Source of the DNA: a virus
Taxonomy: Duplodnaviria; Caudoviricetes
Length of the DNA: 64,000 nt
Direction: 5' to 3' (one strand)
Virus record (IMG/VR): IMGVR_UViG_3300028833_000158
Span: 1,274-65,273 of that record
The notes under the pieces were generated by a model that worked only from the letters and a program-made list of their open reading frames with translations, had not been told where the DNA came from and ran no database searches. Position numbers and translations under genes: made by a program. Shown in pieces: positions 19,322-28,694 of this stretch (its first letter is position 1; every line of letters begins with the position of its first letter).

Positions 19322-22072
19322 GTGAGTAATACTGAAAGAAAATATGAATACCACGATGACGGCATATTGCCGGAAAGCGGTGATTACAAAATAACTTATC
19401 TTACCGTATTTTCATCAGGGGCAGGTAATGTTTATGACGGATGGATTTGGGATCCTGACAGGAAGAATCACTCAGAGACTGAAAGAACTTTTGGTTACAG
19501 GAATCCCGACTATCCTGATTATTGTTGGGATGATGAGGTTGTCGTTGACTTAAGTAATGCCCAGAATAGGCAGGAAAGTTCAGAGTTTGAGCAGGGAAGA
19601 ATAACATCTTTCAATACAAATGTCAGCGATCAACCCATCATTCTGCAAGATATAGACCCCACTGGTCTCACAGAAAAACAGCGTGAAGCGAAAGCCACAA
19701 CCGTTCTCTTTAGTGCAATACCTCTGATTAAAGATGCGTATATTCATGCTGAAGTTGAAGTGGCTATGAAGATGAATCTCAGTTCGAGTAACACAACAGG
19801 CCGAATGAGACTTGAAGCGTTTTATATTTTAAATGATTCATCTGATAGAACTATGAGGCCTCATCCGATTAACCATTATTCGGTTGCTACAGAGAATGAA
19901 TGGAATTTATTAAGGCTTCTGTATTGGAATCCGGCGCTAAAGCATGAGGACATGAATTATATTGGTGTCAAACTTCTTTGTAGTGGCGGCACCGCTGAGA
20001 TAGGTATAAGCGATAATCCCGAATACGGTGATGCTATAATTACTTTGACAAGTGCTGGACTTGTTGGAGACCATATAGATGAGAAGAGAACACCTGTGTC
20101 TCTGGATATTTTTGGTAGGGAAGAGGTATTTATAGGTTATGAAATAGATGCAGACGATTATACCGTATTATGTGAATACGATGATGGCTCAATATTTGAA
20201 GTAACCAGATTGTGTGATTTCACTCCAGAGATAGGCAGTGAGATAGAGCTTCCTATTACTACTTTAACAGCTAATTATGAAGGTCTTAGTGCTTCAATGG
20301 AGCTTATTGCAGCATCAGTTGATCACATAGAAGTAACTGGATTGGATTATTTCGCTGGAGAAAGTTTACTTCTTGATGCCAACAACTATAAAGTATATGC
20401 TTATTATACAGACGACAGAGTTGTAGAAGTAACAGACGAATGCTCGTTTAGTCCACAGATGGGAAGTTACATCTGGGGCACAACAACATTAAATGCTTAT
20501 TATACACCTTCATTCATGCCGGGAAGAACATTCACCGGCAGTCTTGTAATTTCTAAGGTAAGTGTTGTAAGTCAGCAAGGAACTGACATAATATATACCT
20601 TGTACGACAATGGATTGGGTGTTATAAGTGGATCTGTTAATGATAGTTGGCATATAACTAATGAAGAGTTCTATAATGCTGATCCGAATTATCCCGGTGA
20701 TATGGTTTATAGAGCAACTGTTGTCGGTAGAGGCAACCATGATAGCTCAGATAAGACTCTAAGTTGGACTCCAGGAAGTAATAGCGTTACCGGTAATCCT
20801 AATTATTACTTCGATGTTAGGATTCCGGAAATATTTCAAAATGCCACGAAAATACGCTATGAATTAACCGGAAAACCTTTAGGATTAACTTCATGTCATG
20901 CAAGCAATGCTACAACAAATGGCTATCCTTGGAATGCAGAAGCAATCGGATTCGAGAATATGGATACGTCAAAGATCGTCTCCATGAGAAATGCGTTTAG
21001 AATTAGCAATAATAATTATACGGCTCATGGAAGAAACTCTATAGACCTATCATTCTTGAATGGAAAAGAATTCCCTAATCTTAAAGACTTGTATGGAACA
21101 TTCGAGTATAATGAGTTAAATGGATTAGAGAATTTAGATGTCTCTAATGTTGTGAACTTTAATAGAACTTTCCATATAGCTCTGTTTAACAATGCCGATC
21201 TGTTTGACAATATTGACACATCGAATGCAATGTATTGCTATCGTGCATTAGGCGGTATTGAAGGATTTACGAATTTAGATTTCATGTCCAATTTCAATTT
21301 TTCAAATGTCGTCGATGCAGAGTATATGTTTGCTGGATGTCAAATTTCAAATATTGATGGTATTAGAAGTCTTGATACGAGCAGTCTTACAAATTGTCGA
21401 GGTATGTTCTCCGGAAATCGTGTTATCACATCTATACATAACACCATAGGACAGTGGGATTCGTCAAGTATAACGGATTCGAGAGAAATGTTTGCTACTT
21501 GTACAGCACTTGTAAATCTGGGTGCTAATAACGATTTCTTCTTGAATATGGCAAACGGGGCGTTAATAAATGGCATGTTTAAAGACGATACAGCACTTAC
21601 TTCTGTAGCAGGCATTTCAATTGGACTGAACATTGCAAACGTAGCTCAATTATTCTCCGGATGTACGAGTCTTACAGATTTGGCTGGAGCAGAACTTTGG
21701 CAGATGGGTAATAAAGGATACCTGTCTCAGATGTTCTATAATTGCCCTATCAGTGCTGATTCAGTCCAGTACCTCGCAAGCTGGGATGTGTCAAATGTTG
21801 CTGCGTTCTATCAATTCATGAACGATACTTCCAATATAAGAATCCCTTCAAGAGAACCAAATTATCAGCATACTTACGAGTATCCGGCATTAGAGTATCT
21901 TAACAATTGGAATGTACGAAGAAGCAGAGGTTTGACGATGAACGATCAATTAGCTTTCGGAAGAGAATACTATTCAAGTTCCCGTTATGTATTACCGAAC
22001 GTTGTTGAGTATAGCACTTCTTCCCATAGCTATAAGACAGTTCCTACTTGGTATAGAGATTCTTCAACTTAA
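19322..22072 (+). CDS. Putative receptor-binding tail protein with Ig-like and BspA/DUF285-type repeats
   Basis: Two Big-like segments (YTVLCEYDDGS, YKVYAYYTDD) and many ~25-aa (W/L)DxSxxxxxxxMF repeats; GTG start with RBS. Confidence 0.65.
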   Translation: MSNTERKYEYHDDGILPESGDYKITYLTVFSSGAGNVYDGWIWDPDRKNHSETERTFGYRNPDYPDYCWDDEVVVDLSNAQNRQESSEFEQGRITSFNTNVSDQPIILQDIDPTGLTEKQREAKATTVLFSAIPLIKDAYIHAEVEVAMKMNLSSSNTTGRMRLEAFYILNDSSDRTMRPHPINHYSVATENEWNLLRLLYWNPALKHEDMNYIGVKLLCSGGTAEIGISDNPEYGDAIITLTSAGLVGDHIDEKRTPVSLDIFGREEVFIGYEIDADDYTVLCEYDDGSIFEVTRLCDFTPEIGSEIELPITTLTANYEGLSASMELIAASVDHIEVTGLDYFAGESLLLDANNYKVYAYYTDDRVVEVTDECSFSPQMGSYIWGTTTLNAYYTPSFMPGRTFTGSLVISKVSVVSQQGTDIIYTLYDNGLGVISGSVNDSWHITNEEFYNADPNYPGDMVYRATVVGRGNHDSSDKTLSWTPGSNSVTGNPNYYFDVRIPEIFQNATKIRYELTGKPLGLTSCHASNATTNGYPWNAEAIGFENMDTSKIVSMRNAFRISNNNYTAHGRNSIDLSFLNGKEFPNLKDLYGTFEYNELNGLENLDVSNVVNFNRTFHIALFNNADLFDNIDTSNAMYCYRALGGIEGFTNLDFMSNFNFSNVVDAEYMFAGCQISNIDGIRSLDTSSLTNCRGMFSGNRVITSIHNTIGQWDSSSITDSREMFATCTALVNLGANNDFFLNMANGALINGMFKDDTALTSVAGISIGLNIANVAQLFSGCTSLTDLAGAELWQMGNKGYLSQMFYNCPISADSVQYLASWDVSNVAAFYQFMNDTSNIRIPSREPNYQHTYEYPALEYLNNWNVRRSRGLTMNDQLAFGREYYSSSRYVLPNVVEYSTSSHSYKTVPTWYRDSST

Positions 22073-22087
22073 AGGAGAAAATTCAAA

Positions 22088-22447
22088 ATGGAAGATAGTA
22101 TACTCATTTCTGTAAAGAAATATTTAGGTATAGCCGATGAAGATCACGGATTTGATACCGATATTTTAATGTCTATCAATTCAGTATTTGGTATACTTAC
22201 TCAGCTGGGTGTAGGTCCTAAAGAGGGGTATACTATCTCGGATGAGTCTGCCAAATGGTCTGACTATCTCCAGGACAATACGTACTTGGAGATGGTTAAG
22301 ACCTATATGTACTTAAAGGTAAGAATGATATTTGACACCCCCACTTCAGGCTCGATGAACTCCGCCCACGAACAATTGATTCAGGAGCTGGAGTGGAGGA
22401 TCAATGTCATGGTAGACCCGGGATTTGAGGAGGTGCCTGATGATTGA
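22088..22447 (+). CDS. Probable head-tail connector/adaptor
   Basis: SIL.SVKK.LGI..ED.GFD.DI.M.INSVF..L.QLGVGP, VKTY.YLKVR..FD.P, ELEWR.NV pattern. Confidence 0.55.
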   Translation: MEDSILISVKKYLGIADEDHGFDTDILMSINSVFGILTQLGVGPKEGYTISDESAKWSDYLQDNTYLEMVKTYMYLKVRMIFDTPTSGSMNSAHEQLIQELEWRINVMVDPGFEEVPDD

Positions 22448-22661
22448 ATATGATGGTACATTTAAAACTATGCAAGATGTAGTTAGTCAAGCAAACGAAT
22501 ATGAAACTTCTATTCCGGATATAGTGACCGCTTTGGAAGGCATAGCTGATGCTATAACGAATAAAGAAGAAAGTATAATACCCGATCCGCCTACAACTGA
22601 TGGAACTTACACTCTTCAGTGTACAGTAACCAACGGTGTGGCAACTTATGCTTGGGTATAA
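22440..22661 (+). CDS. Hypothetical virion-associated protein
   Basis: RBS GAGGAGG; overlaps upstream stop; C-terminal DGTYTLQCTVTNG beta motif. Confidence 0.5.
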   Translation: MIEYDGTFKTMQDVVSQANEYETSIPDIVTALEGIADAITNKEESIIPDPPTTDGTYTLQCTVTNGVATYAWV

Positions 22662-22675
22662 AAAGGAGGATATTT

Positions 22676-22900
22676 ATGGCTAGTAGAATTGAGTTCGCGA
22701 CCATAGGCCAGGTCGATATGAGTAAATACTCAAAAAACCAGGTATTTAGTGCTCAGACAGCAGGTCTCGACCTTGGAGCAAACATGCCTGAAGGTGGTGG
22801 AAACACTCCAGCAGGAGCTTCAATCACAAATGTAACACATAATCCTCTGTCTCTTGGAGGAGTAAATACTGTAGTAACCGTAGAGAAAGAGGAGGGTTAA
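22676..22900 (+). CDS. Hypothetical protein
   Basis: AAAAGGAGG RBS before ATG 22676. Confidence 0.55.
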   Translation: MASRIEFATIGQVDMSKYSKNQVFSAQTAGLDLGANMPEGGGNTPAGASITNVTHNPLSLGGVNTVVTVEKEEG

Positions 22901-22903
22901 ACC

Positions 22904-23383
22904 ATGTTAACAGCTAACGGAAAAGCAATTTGTAAGATTACTAACGGAATATCCAGACCGAATTATACTTATTTGATACCTGATGAAGGAGACGTTCAGA
23001 TATTTTTTAATAGTGGTGGTAATGTTCAGTATTTTAATGAATTACTTGCTGGCATGCACATCGTTGTAGGAAGTGGAAACACAGCACCTGCTTCTTCAGA
23101 TAAGGCTATGGAGAGTGAAGTTACAGATCTTACTGTCATATCAACTACCGGAACAAATGACAATGGCAACGCATCTTATGAACAGGATTACATTGCCATA
23201 TTCTCCAGAACATATAGAAATGACACGGAGTCTGATGTTGTAATTTCAGAAGTAGGTATCCAGCATTATGGACATGCTTCTAATACTTCACCTCTTGCTA
23301 ATTTCCTCCTTGCTCGTGACGTGATCTCTCCTGTTACTATTAAGCCCGGAGAAGCTTATACTTTCACTATGTATATAGGATAA
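22904..23383 (+). CDS. Tail-collar/fibre anchoring-like protein
   Basis: IVVGSGNTAPA..D..MESE, ISEVGI, LLARDV.SPVT pattern typical of fibre N-terminal modules. Confidence 0.5.
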   Translation: MLTANGKAICKITNGISRPNYTYLIPDEGDVQIFFNSGGNVQYFNELLAGMHIVVGSGNTAPASSDKAMESEVTDLTVISTTGTNDNGNASYEQDYIAIFSRTYRNDTESDVVISEVGIQHYGHASNTSPLANFLLARDVISPVTIKPGEAYTFTMYIG

Positions 23384-23387
23384 GACA

Positions 23388-23765
23388 ATGTTTATCAAAT
23401 TCAACCCCAATCCTGCACATAACCGTGTAGGAGATTGCGTAATTCGAGCTATTTCCAAAGTTATGAACCAGGATTGGGATGTTTCCTACATGGGTGTGGT
23501 GTTACAAGGCTATATAGACAAAGATATGCCATCTTCAAACGATGTTTGGGGCGGATATTTATACTCTAAAGGCTTTAGAAAGTACACCATACCTAACACT
23601 TGTCCTCGTTGCTATACAGTTAGAGATTTCTGTATGGACAATCCTGTCGGGACGTTTCTGCTTGCCACAGGTAGTCATGTAATTGCTGTAGTTGATGGTG
23701 ATTACTATGACACCTGGGACAGCGGAGATGAAGTGCCTATTTATTATTGGAGAAAGGAGAAATAA
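23388..23765 (+). CDS. Small papain/C39-like peptidase-fold protein
   Basis: GDCVIRA, GSHVIAV, YYDTWDS: ordered Cys-His-Asp. Confidence 0.5.
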   Translation: MFIKFNPNPAHNRVGDCVIRAISKVMNQDWDVSYMGVVLQGYIDKDMPSSNDVWGGYLYSKGFRKYTIPNTCPRCYTVRDFCMDNPVGTFLLATGSHVIAVVDGDYYDTWDSGDEVPIYYWRKEK

Positions 23766-24146
23766 ATGGCATACCCTAATTTTTATTCAGCACCTAATAA
23801 CTTTCAAACACCCCAGCCTCAGTATCAGCCGCCTGTAGCTCAGTCAAATATTATCTGGGTTCAGGGCGAATCTGGCGGTAAGGCTTTTCCTCAGGGAGTT
23901 AACTGTAATACGATTCTTCTCGATTCTGAAGGAGATTTCTTTTACATCAAATCAACAGACATGAGCGGGATGCCCAGGCTGAGAAAGTTCGCATACAAAG
24001 AAGTTACTAATGAGCAGGAAAATGCTCCATCTGTCCAGCAGTCTCAGACAGAATATATCACTCGCAAAGAGTTTGAGAAGTTCAAGTCTGAGTACAGACC
24101 GCACTATAATAAGAACTACAAGAAGGAGGGTAGAGTAAATGAATAG
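23766..24146 (+). CDS. Conserved hypothetical protein with P/Q-rich N-terminus
   Basis: IIWVQGE.G.KAF..G.N..ILLDSEGD.FYIKSTD.SGMP; RBS AAAGGAG. Confidence 0.7.
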   Translation: MAYPNFYSAPNNFQTPQPQYQPPVAQSNIIWVQGESGGKAFPQGVNCNTILLDSEGDFFYIKSTDMSGMPRLRKFAYKEVTNEQENAPSVQQSQTEYITRKEFEKFKSEYRPHYNKNYKKEGRVNE

Positions 24147-24372
24147 TTTATACCAGTCTATGCAGCAGAATTCGATGCAGAACCAGTATAACCAGTTTAC
24201 TCAGAACCCCCTTCAGTTTATTATGCAGAAAAGAGGAATCGATATTCCTCAGACTTTTCAAAATGACCCTCGTGGAGCTATTCAGTACATGTTGAACAAT
24301 GGCCAGATGTCTCAGGCACAGTTCAACAGACTGTCTCAGATGGCTCAGATGATGGGGATTAGACTAACATAA
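24139..24372 (+). CDS. Q/N/M-rich small protein
   Basis: MNSLYQSMQQNSMQNQYNQF..NP.QF; overlap-coupled to upstream gene. Confidence 0.7.
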   Translation: MNSLYQSMQQNSMQNQYNQFTQNPLQFIMQKRGIDIPQTFQNDPRGAIQYMLNNGQMSQAQFNRLSQMAQMMGIRLT

Positions 24373-24383
24373 GGAGGTAATCT

Positions 24384-24689
24384 ATGTATAGAGGCACTAC
24401 CCCAACTTTATATTTGGAGTTGGATACAGATTTATCTCTTGCTAATTTGACTGAGCTCTGGGTCACGTTTAAAACCACTACTGTCACATTAACGAAGACA
24501 TTAGAAGAGGTTTCTTTAGATCCAGAAACAAAGACAATAATTGTCCAACTTTCTCAAGAAGAAACTCTTAAGACTTATAATGGTAATTGTGAAGTTCAAG
24601 TCAGATTTAAAACCGAAACTGGTTTAGCTTACGCATCTACTATAGAAAACATAGATGTTGAAAGGATACTGAAGGAAGGGGTGATCTGA
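24384..24689 (+). CDS. Hypothetical tail protein (BppU N-terminal-like)
   Basis: RGTTPT..L, LSQEETL, VQVR; AAGGAGG RBS. Confidence 0.55.
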   Translation: MYRGTTPTLYLELDTDLSLANLTELWVTFKTTTVTLTKTLEEVSLDPETKTIIVQLSQEETLKTYNGNCEVQVRFKTETGLAYASTIENIDVERILKEGVI

Positions 24690-24690
24690 T

Positions 24691-24942
24691 ATGTTCCCTT
24701 TGGAAATACATATACCTCTTACTGTTAAAGAAGAGAAACATATAAAACTTACTGTTAAAGATAGTGGAGGAAGTCAGTATCCTTATTACATTGGAGAGAC
24801 TGTCATCACTCCAAAAGTTAGAGAAGAAACAGAACTTGAAACTAAGAATAAGATTCTTCTCGAAAATATTATAGTTGAAGAAATCCCGTACTATGAAACC
24901 AGTAACATAAAAGGTACCACATTTATCGTTGGAGGAAATTAA
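24691..24942 (+). CDS. Hypothetical tail-associated protein
   Basis: Y.GE..ITP....L.TK.K.L.ENI.VE.IPY.E.SN..G.T pattern; RBS GAAGGGGTG. Confidence 0.6.
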   Translation: MFPLEIHIPLTVKEEKHIKLTVKDSGGSQYPYYIGETVITPKVREETELETKNKILLENIIVEEIPYYETSNIKGTTFIVGGN

Positions 24943-24943
24943 C

Positions 24944-25534
24944 ATGGCCATAAATAAAGTAGTGTTCGGAAATCAGACACTTATAGATCTTACCGCAGAT
25001 ACAATTACTCCTGCCGATTTGCAGAGTGGTGTAACTGCCCATGATGCATCTGGTACTGCTATAACCGGTATAAGTACCAAAGATAGTGATACATCTGATG
25101 CGACAGTTCTTGTTGGCGAGATGCTTACTGATAGAACCGCTTATGCCAGAGGAACAAAACTGACAGGTACTATGCCTAACAACGGATCAATCGACGTTGA
25201 TATTACAACGAAAGCTCAGGTTGTATCAGTTCCTCAGGGTTATCATGACGGTTCAGGAACGGTTCAGATTGATTCTACTGAACAGGCTAAGATTATTGCT
25301 AATAATATTAAAGATGGTGTTGAAATTCTCGGTGTAACAGGTACTTATACTGGTGAAGGAGTTACAGCACAGTCGAAAAATGCAACACCGTATACTACAG
25401 CACAGACGATATTACCCGATTCAGGATATGACTATCTGTCTCAGGTTAATGTAGAAGCGATTTCATATGTCGAGACCGATAATTCAGCAGGAGGAAAAAC
25501 CGCTACAATAGGCCAGGTTGCTCCTACACCGTAA
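24944..25534 (+). CDS. Tail fibre-like protein
   Basis: MAINKVVFGNQTLIDLT.DT, LTGTM.NNG, IP.GYHDGSG.V, NIK.GV.ILGV.G repeats. Confidence 0.6.
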   Translation: MAINKVVFGNQTLIDLTADTITPADLQSGVTAHDASGTAITGISTKDSDTSDATVLVGEMLTDRTAYARGTKLTGTMPNNGSIDVDITTKAQVVSVPQGYHDGSGTVQIDSTEQAKIIANNIKDGVEILGVTGTYTGEGVTAQSKNATPYTTAQTILPDSGYDYLSQVNVEAISYVETDNSAGGKTATIGQVAPTP

Positions 25535-25558
25535 TTTATATTTTAGGAGGAATAGATT

Positions 25559-26983
25559 ATGGCCATAAATAAAGTGGTTTATGGGAACGATACACTAATC
25601 GATTTAACCAATGATACAGCAACAGAAGATGATGTATTAGAGGGAGTAACTTTTCACGATAAAAGTGGTTCCTTAAGAAGCGGAAGTTTAAAACCTGTTC
25701 TTGATGTAGAAGTCGATGGTAATTCTATTGTTGATCAAGATGGAGTGGCTAATATAACTTCCGATAATCTATCGGTAATAGCAAAAGACCTCACCGAGAA
25801 CAAAACGGCAAACGTGACGGACGGAGTTGCAGACTTTGAAACGATAGACGGCTCACTCGTGAAGTCGCTCATTGTTGAGATTGAGCCGAGCCAAAGCGGT
25901 TCGGGAACACCCTCACCCTCAAACATTAGACCGATAAGCGGATATACACAGGAAGATTTGACGGTTGTTGGGAAGAATAGATTACCTTTAGTTTTTGCTG
26001 ATATTAAGTCTCTTAATACAAGTGGAACGTGGTCAGGGAATGTTTATACCTTCAATGGTATAACGTTTACTATTCACACAGATAATAGTGAAAATATAAC
26101 AAGCATAAGTATAAGCGGAACAGCAACCACAGGTGTGTCATTGCTGATTAAGGATTTTACCGAATATCTCTTTTCAGAGAATAGTTATATATTAAATGAT
26201 TCGGTAAATGCGTCTGCTATAAGCAAGGGCTCTTGCTATGTGTCGGTTGAACGTAAAAAAGGTGCGAGTGGAAATGTAAATTATCCAGCAAATACAAACA
26301 ACGCATCAAGAAGGGGAGCATTTACAGTTGATTATTCACAGTATGACAGATATAGAGTTCTTATCTATATGCCTGTAAATACAGTTGTGAACAATGCTGT
26401 ATTTTATCCCATGGTGCGTCTTTCGACAGAATCAGATTCCACCTTTGAACCCTATCACGGCAAGACCTACACCACCCCCTTCAATCAGACCATCTACGGG
26501 GGAACTTTAGATGTGCTGACAGGGGAGTTGACGATTGATAAGTGGTATGTGCAGATAACGGCTCAAAACGTAACCTTTAACAGCACCAATAACAGAGGAC
26601 TTATCAGAACTAACCTTGTCAGTATACCCTACGCAATTTCAAGTCCTAACACGGTGAACTGTATTTGTGACAAATTCGAGAGCATATCGCAGACAGAGGG
26701 AGTTGTAACGGGCAACGTTGGAGTATATGCACACGGTCAGATTATTGCTATTTGTGGATATAAAACCTCTTTAGAGGATTATCAGAGTTGGCTTACCGAC
26801 AACCCAGTAACCATTGTTTATGAGATTGACACACCTCAAACCATCCAACTCACCCCTCAAAAAGTTAAATCACTTGTTGGGGAGAACCATATAATGGCGA
26901 GTACGGGGGATGTTCTTGAGTGCAAGTATTCGATGTTGATTAATGGCGATGACTTGGAAATGCTGTTATCATCTATTTCTTAA
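25559..26983 (+). CDS. Tail fibre/receptor-binding-like protein
   Basis: Same N-terminus as the upstream gene (MAINKVVYGNDTLIDLT.DT); GKN.L, YPM.R, FEPY.G, YGGTLDV.TG, W...NP..IVYE...P modules. Confidence 0.6.
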   Translation: MAINKVVYGNDTLIDLTNDTATEDDVLEGVTFHDKSGSLRSGSLKPVLDVEVDGNSIVDQDGVANITSDNLSVIAKDLTENKTANVTDGVADFETIDGSLVKSLIVEIEPSQSGSGTPSPSNIRPISGYTQEDLTVVGKNRLPLVFADIKSLNTSGTWSGNVYTFNGITFTIHTDNSENITSISISGTATTGVSLLIKDFTEYLFSENSYILNDSVNASAISKGSCYVSVERKKGASGNVNYPANTNNASRRGAFTVDYSQYDRYRVLIYMPVNTVVNNAVFYPMVRLSTESDSTFEPYHGKTYTTPFNQTIYGGTLDVLTGELTIDKWYVQITAQNVTFNSTNNRGLIRTNLVSIPYAISSPNTVNCICDKFESISQTEGVVTGNVGVYAHGQIIAICGYKTSLEDYQSWLTDNPVTIVYEIDTPQTIQLTPQKVKSLVGENHIMASTGDVLECKYSMLINGDDLEMLLSSIS

Positions 26984-27077
26984 TCTTTTTAACGATACTT
27001 AATCTTGTGCGCGCGAGCAAGATTTAGTATAAAGTAACCTATTAACAATTTATATTTTTATGAAGGAGGACATTAAT

Positions 27078-27785
27078 ATGTCTTTAACCGAAAATGGTAA
27101 CGGAATGGTTATGCCCGTTGGTCCTATGTATGGCAACGGCGGTTTCGGAAATGGTTTTGGTGGTGACGGTTGGTGGGTTATCCTGTTCCTGTTTGCTCTT
27201 ATGGGTAATAACGGATGGGGCGGCTTTGGCGGAGGAAATGGCGGCCAGCTTTATCCTTGGATGAACCAGTCGGATCAGATCAATGGTGGATTCAGAGATC
27301 AGATGATCAATGGAAACATCAACTCAATTCGTGATAACCTTAATAACCTTCAGGTTGCTAATATGCAGCAGACTTTTGACCTTTCTTCTCAGTTTGCTAA
27401 TTGCTGCTGTGAGAATCGTCTCGCTACTGCAAATCTTGGAGCAACTATTGCCAGTGAAGCATGTGCTACAAGAACAGCCGATTACCAGAATACCCAGAGT
27501 GTCCTCAATGCAATAAATGGTGGAATCCAGTCTATAAAGGATCAGATTTGTCAGGATAAGATCGATGCTAAGAATGATGAGATTTCTCAGCTTCGTCAGG
27601 AGATCCTTTACGCGCGCGGACAGGCTTCCCAAGTTCAGCAGAATGCTACCATCGTAAATGATATTTACAACAGGCTTAATCAGTGCCCTGTAGGAACTGT
27701 TCCTGTATATGGCGAGCAGCCTATCTTCACCTGCCCTAACAACAACGGCGACTGCAGATGTAATGGTAATGCTTTTTTCAACTGA
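27078..27785 (+). CDS. Gly/Asn-rich conserved protein with hydrophobic segment and CCC motif
   Basis: GFGNGFGGDGWWVILFLFALMG, ANCCCENR, coiled-coil C-terminus; RBS AAGGAGG. Confidence 0.8.
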   Translation: MSLTENGNGMVMPVGPMYGNGGFGNGFGGDGWWVILFLFALMGNNGWGGFGGGNGGQLYPWMNQSDQINGGFRDQMINGNINSIRDNLNNLQVANMQQTFDLSSQFANCCCENRLATANLGATIASEACATRTADYQNTQSVLNAINGGIQSIKDQICQDKIDAKNDEISQLRQEILYARGQASQVQQNATIVNDIYNRLNQCPVGTVPVYGEQPIFTCPNNNGDCRCNGNAFFN

Positions 27786-27800
27786 TCAGGAGGTATTAAC

Positions 27801-28256
27801 GTGGCAGAATATTTAACACCAAGTGATGTGAATGTTGCTCTCAATGGGACAATTCCATTCAGTGTTGTTTCTATCCCTTGCAATACCGGTAATGTTGTAC
27901 CTCTTGCATCTGGGGTTCTTAATCTGAAGGGTAATACCACTAATAGATTTGCCAGATACAACGTAAGAGTCAAGGCAAATGTTCAGATACCTACTGGTGG
28001 AGCTGTCACTCCTATAGCTATAGGTATAACTGTAAACGGATCAATAATTCCTGAAAGTGTTGCAATCATAACGCCAGCAGCCGTAGAAGAGTATCAGTTT
28101 ATAAACACTGATGCTACTATTACGGTTCCTTGTGGATGTTGTGTTTCTGTATCAGCAGTTTATGTTGATGGAACCGAAGATAATCCGGCTACTACACCTA
28201 CACCTTCTATCGGAATAAGACGTAATGCGTCAATAACCGTAGAAAGAAAAGCTTAA
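27801..28256 (+). CDS. Beta-rich conserved protein (possible C1q/TNF-like fold)
   Basis: GTG start with AGGAGG; PC..G.V, RYNV...AN...PTGG, VPCGCC..VS. Confidence 0.7.
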   Translation: MAEYLTPSDVNVALNGTIPFSVVSIPCNTGNVVPLASGVLNLKGNTTNRFARYNVRVKANVQIPTGGAVTPIAIGITVNGSIIPESVAIITPAAVEEYQFINTDATITVPCGCCVSVSAVYVDGTEDNPATTPTPSIGIRRNASITVERKA

Positions 28257-28268
28257 GGAGGAGTGACA

Positions 28269-28694
28269 ATGAACGCTTTAGATGATCTTAAACTCGTTCT
28301 CGAGAACGAAATTAAAAAAGTCACGGCTAAAGGTGAAGTCTCTCCTACTGAAATCAAGCCTCTTGGTGAGGTTGTTGATATTTTAAAGGATATAGAGACC
28401 ATCTGCGCCATGAAAGAGTACGGAAACGACGACTCTTCATATGCTATGTCTAATCGTGGATATTCTTCAATGAGATACTCAAGTCGTCCTGAATGGGACA
28501 ACAGAGGCATGTACTACGATGATGGCAACTCTTACAAGAGAGACAGCATGGGAAGATACAGTCGTGACAATTACAGCGGGCATAGCGAGAAAGACGAAAT
28601 GATATTCAAGCTTGAGCAGATGATGAACTCTGCAAAGACTGAAAAGGATCGCATGATGTACATCGACGCTATTGAAGCACTTAAACGTAATTGA
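28269..28694 (+). CDS. Conserved hypothetical protein with Y/S/R/D-rich centre
   Basis: RDSMGRYSRD..SGH motif; RBS AAGGAGG. Confidence 0.7.
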   Translation: MNALDDLKLVLENEIKKVTAKGEVSPTEIKPLGEVVDILKDIETICAMKEYGNDDSSYAMSNRGYSSMRYSSRPEWDNRGMYYDDGNSYKRDSMGRYSRDNYSGHSEKDEMIFKLEQMMNSAKTEKDRMMYIDAIEALKRN

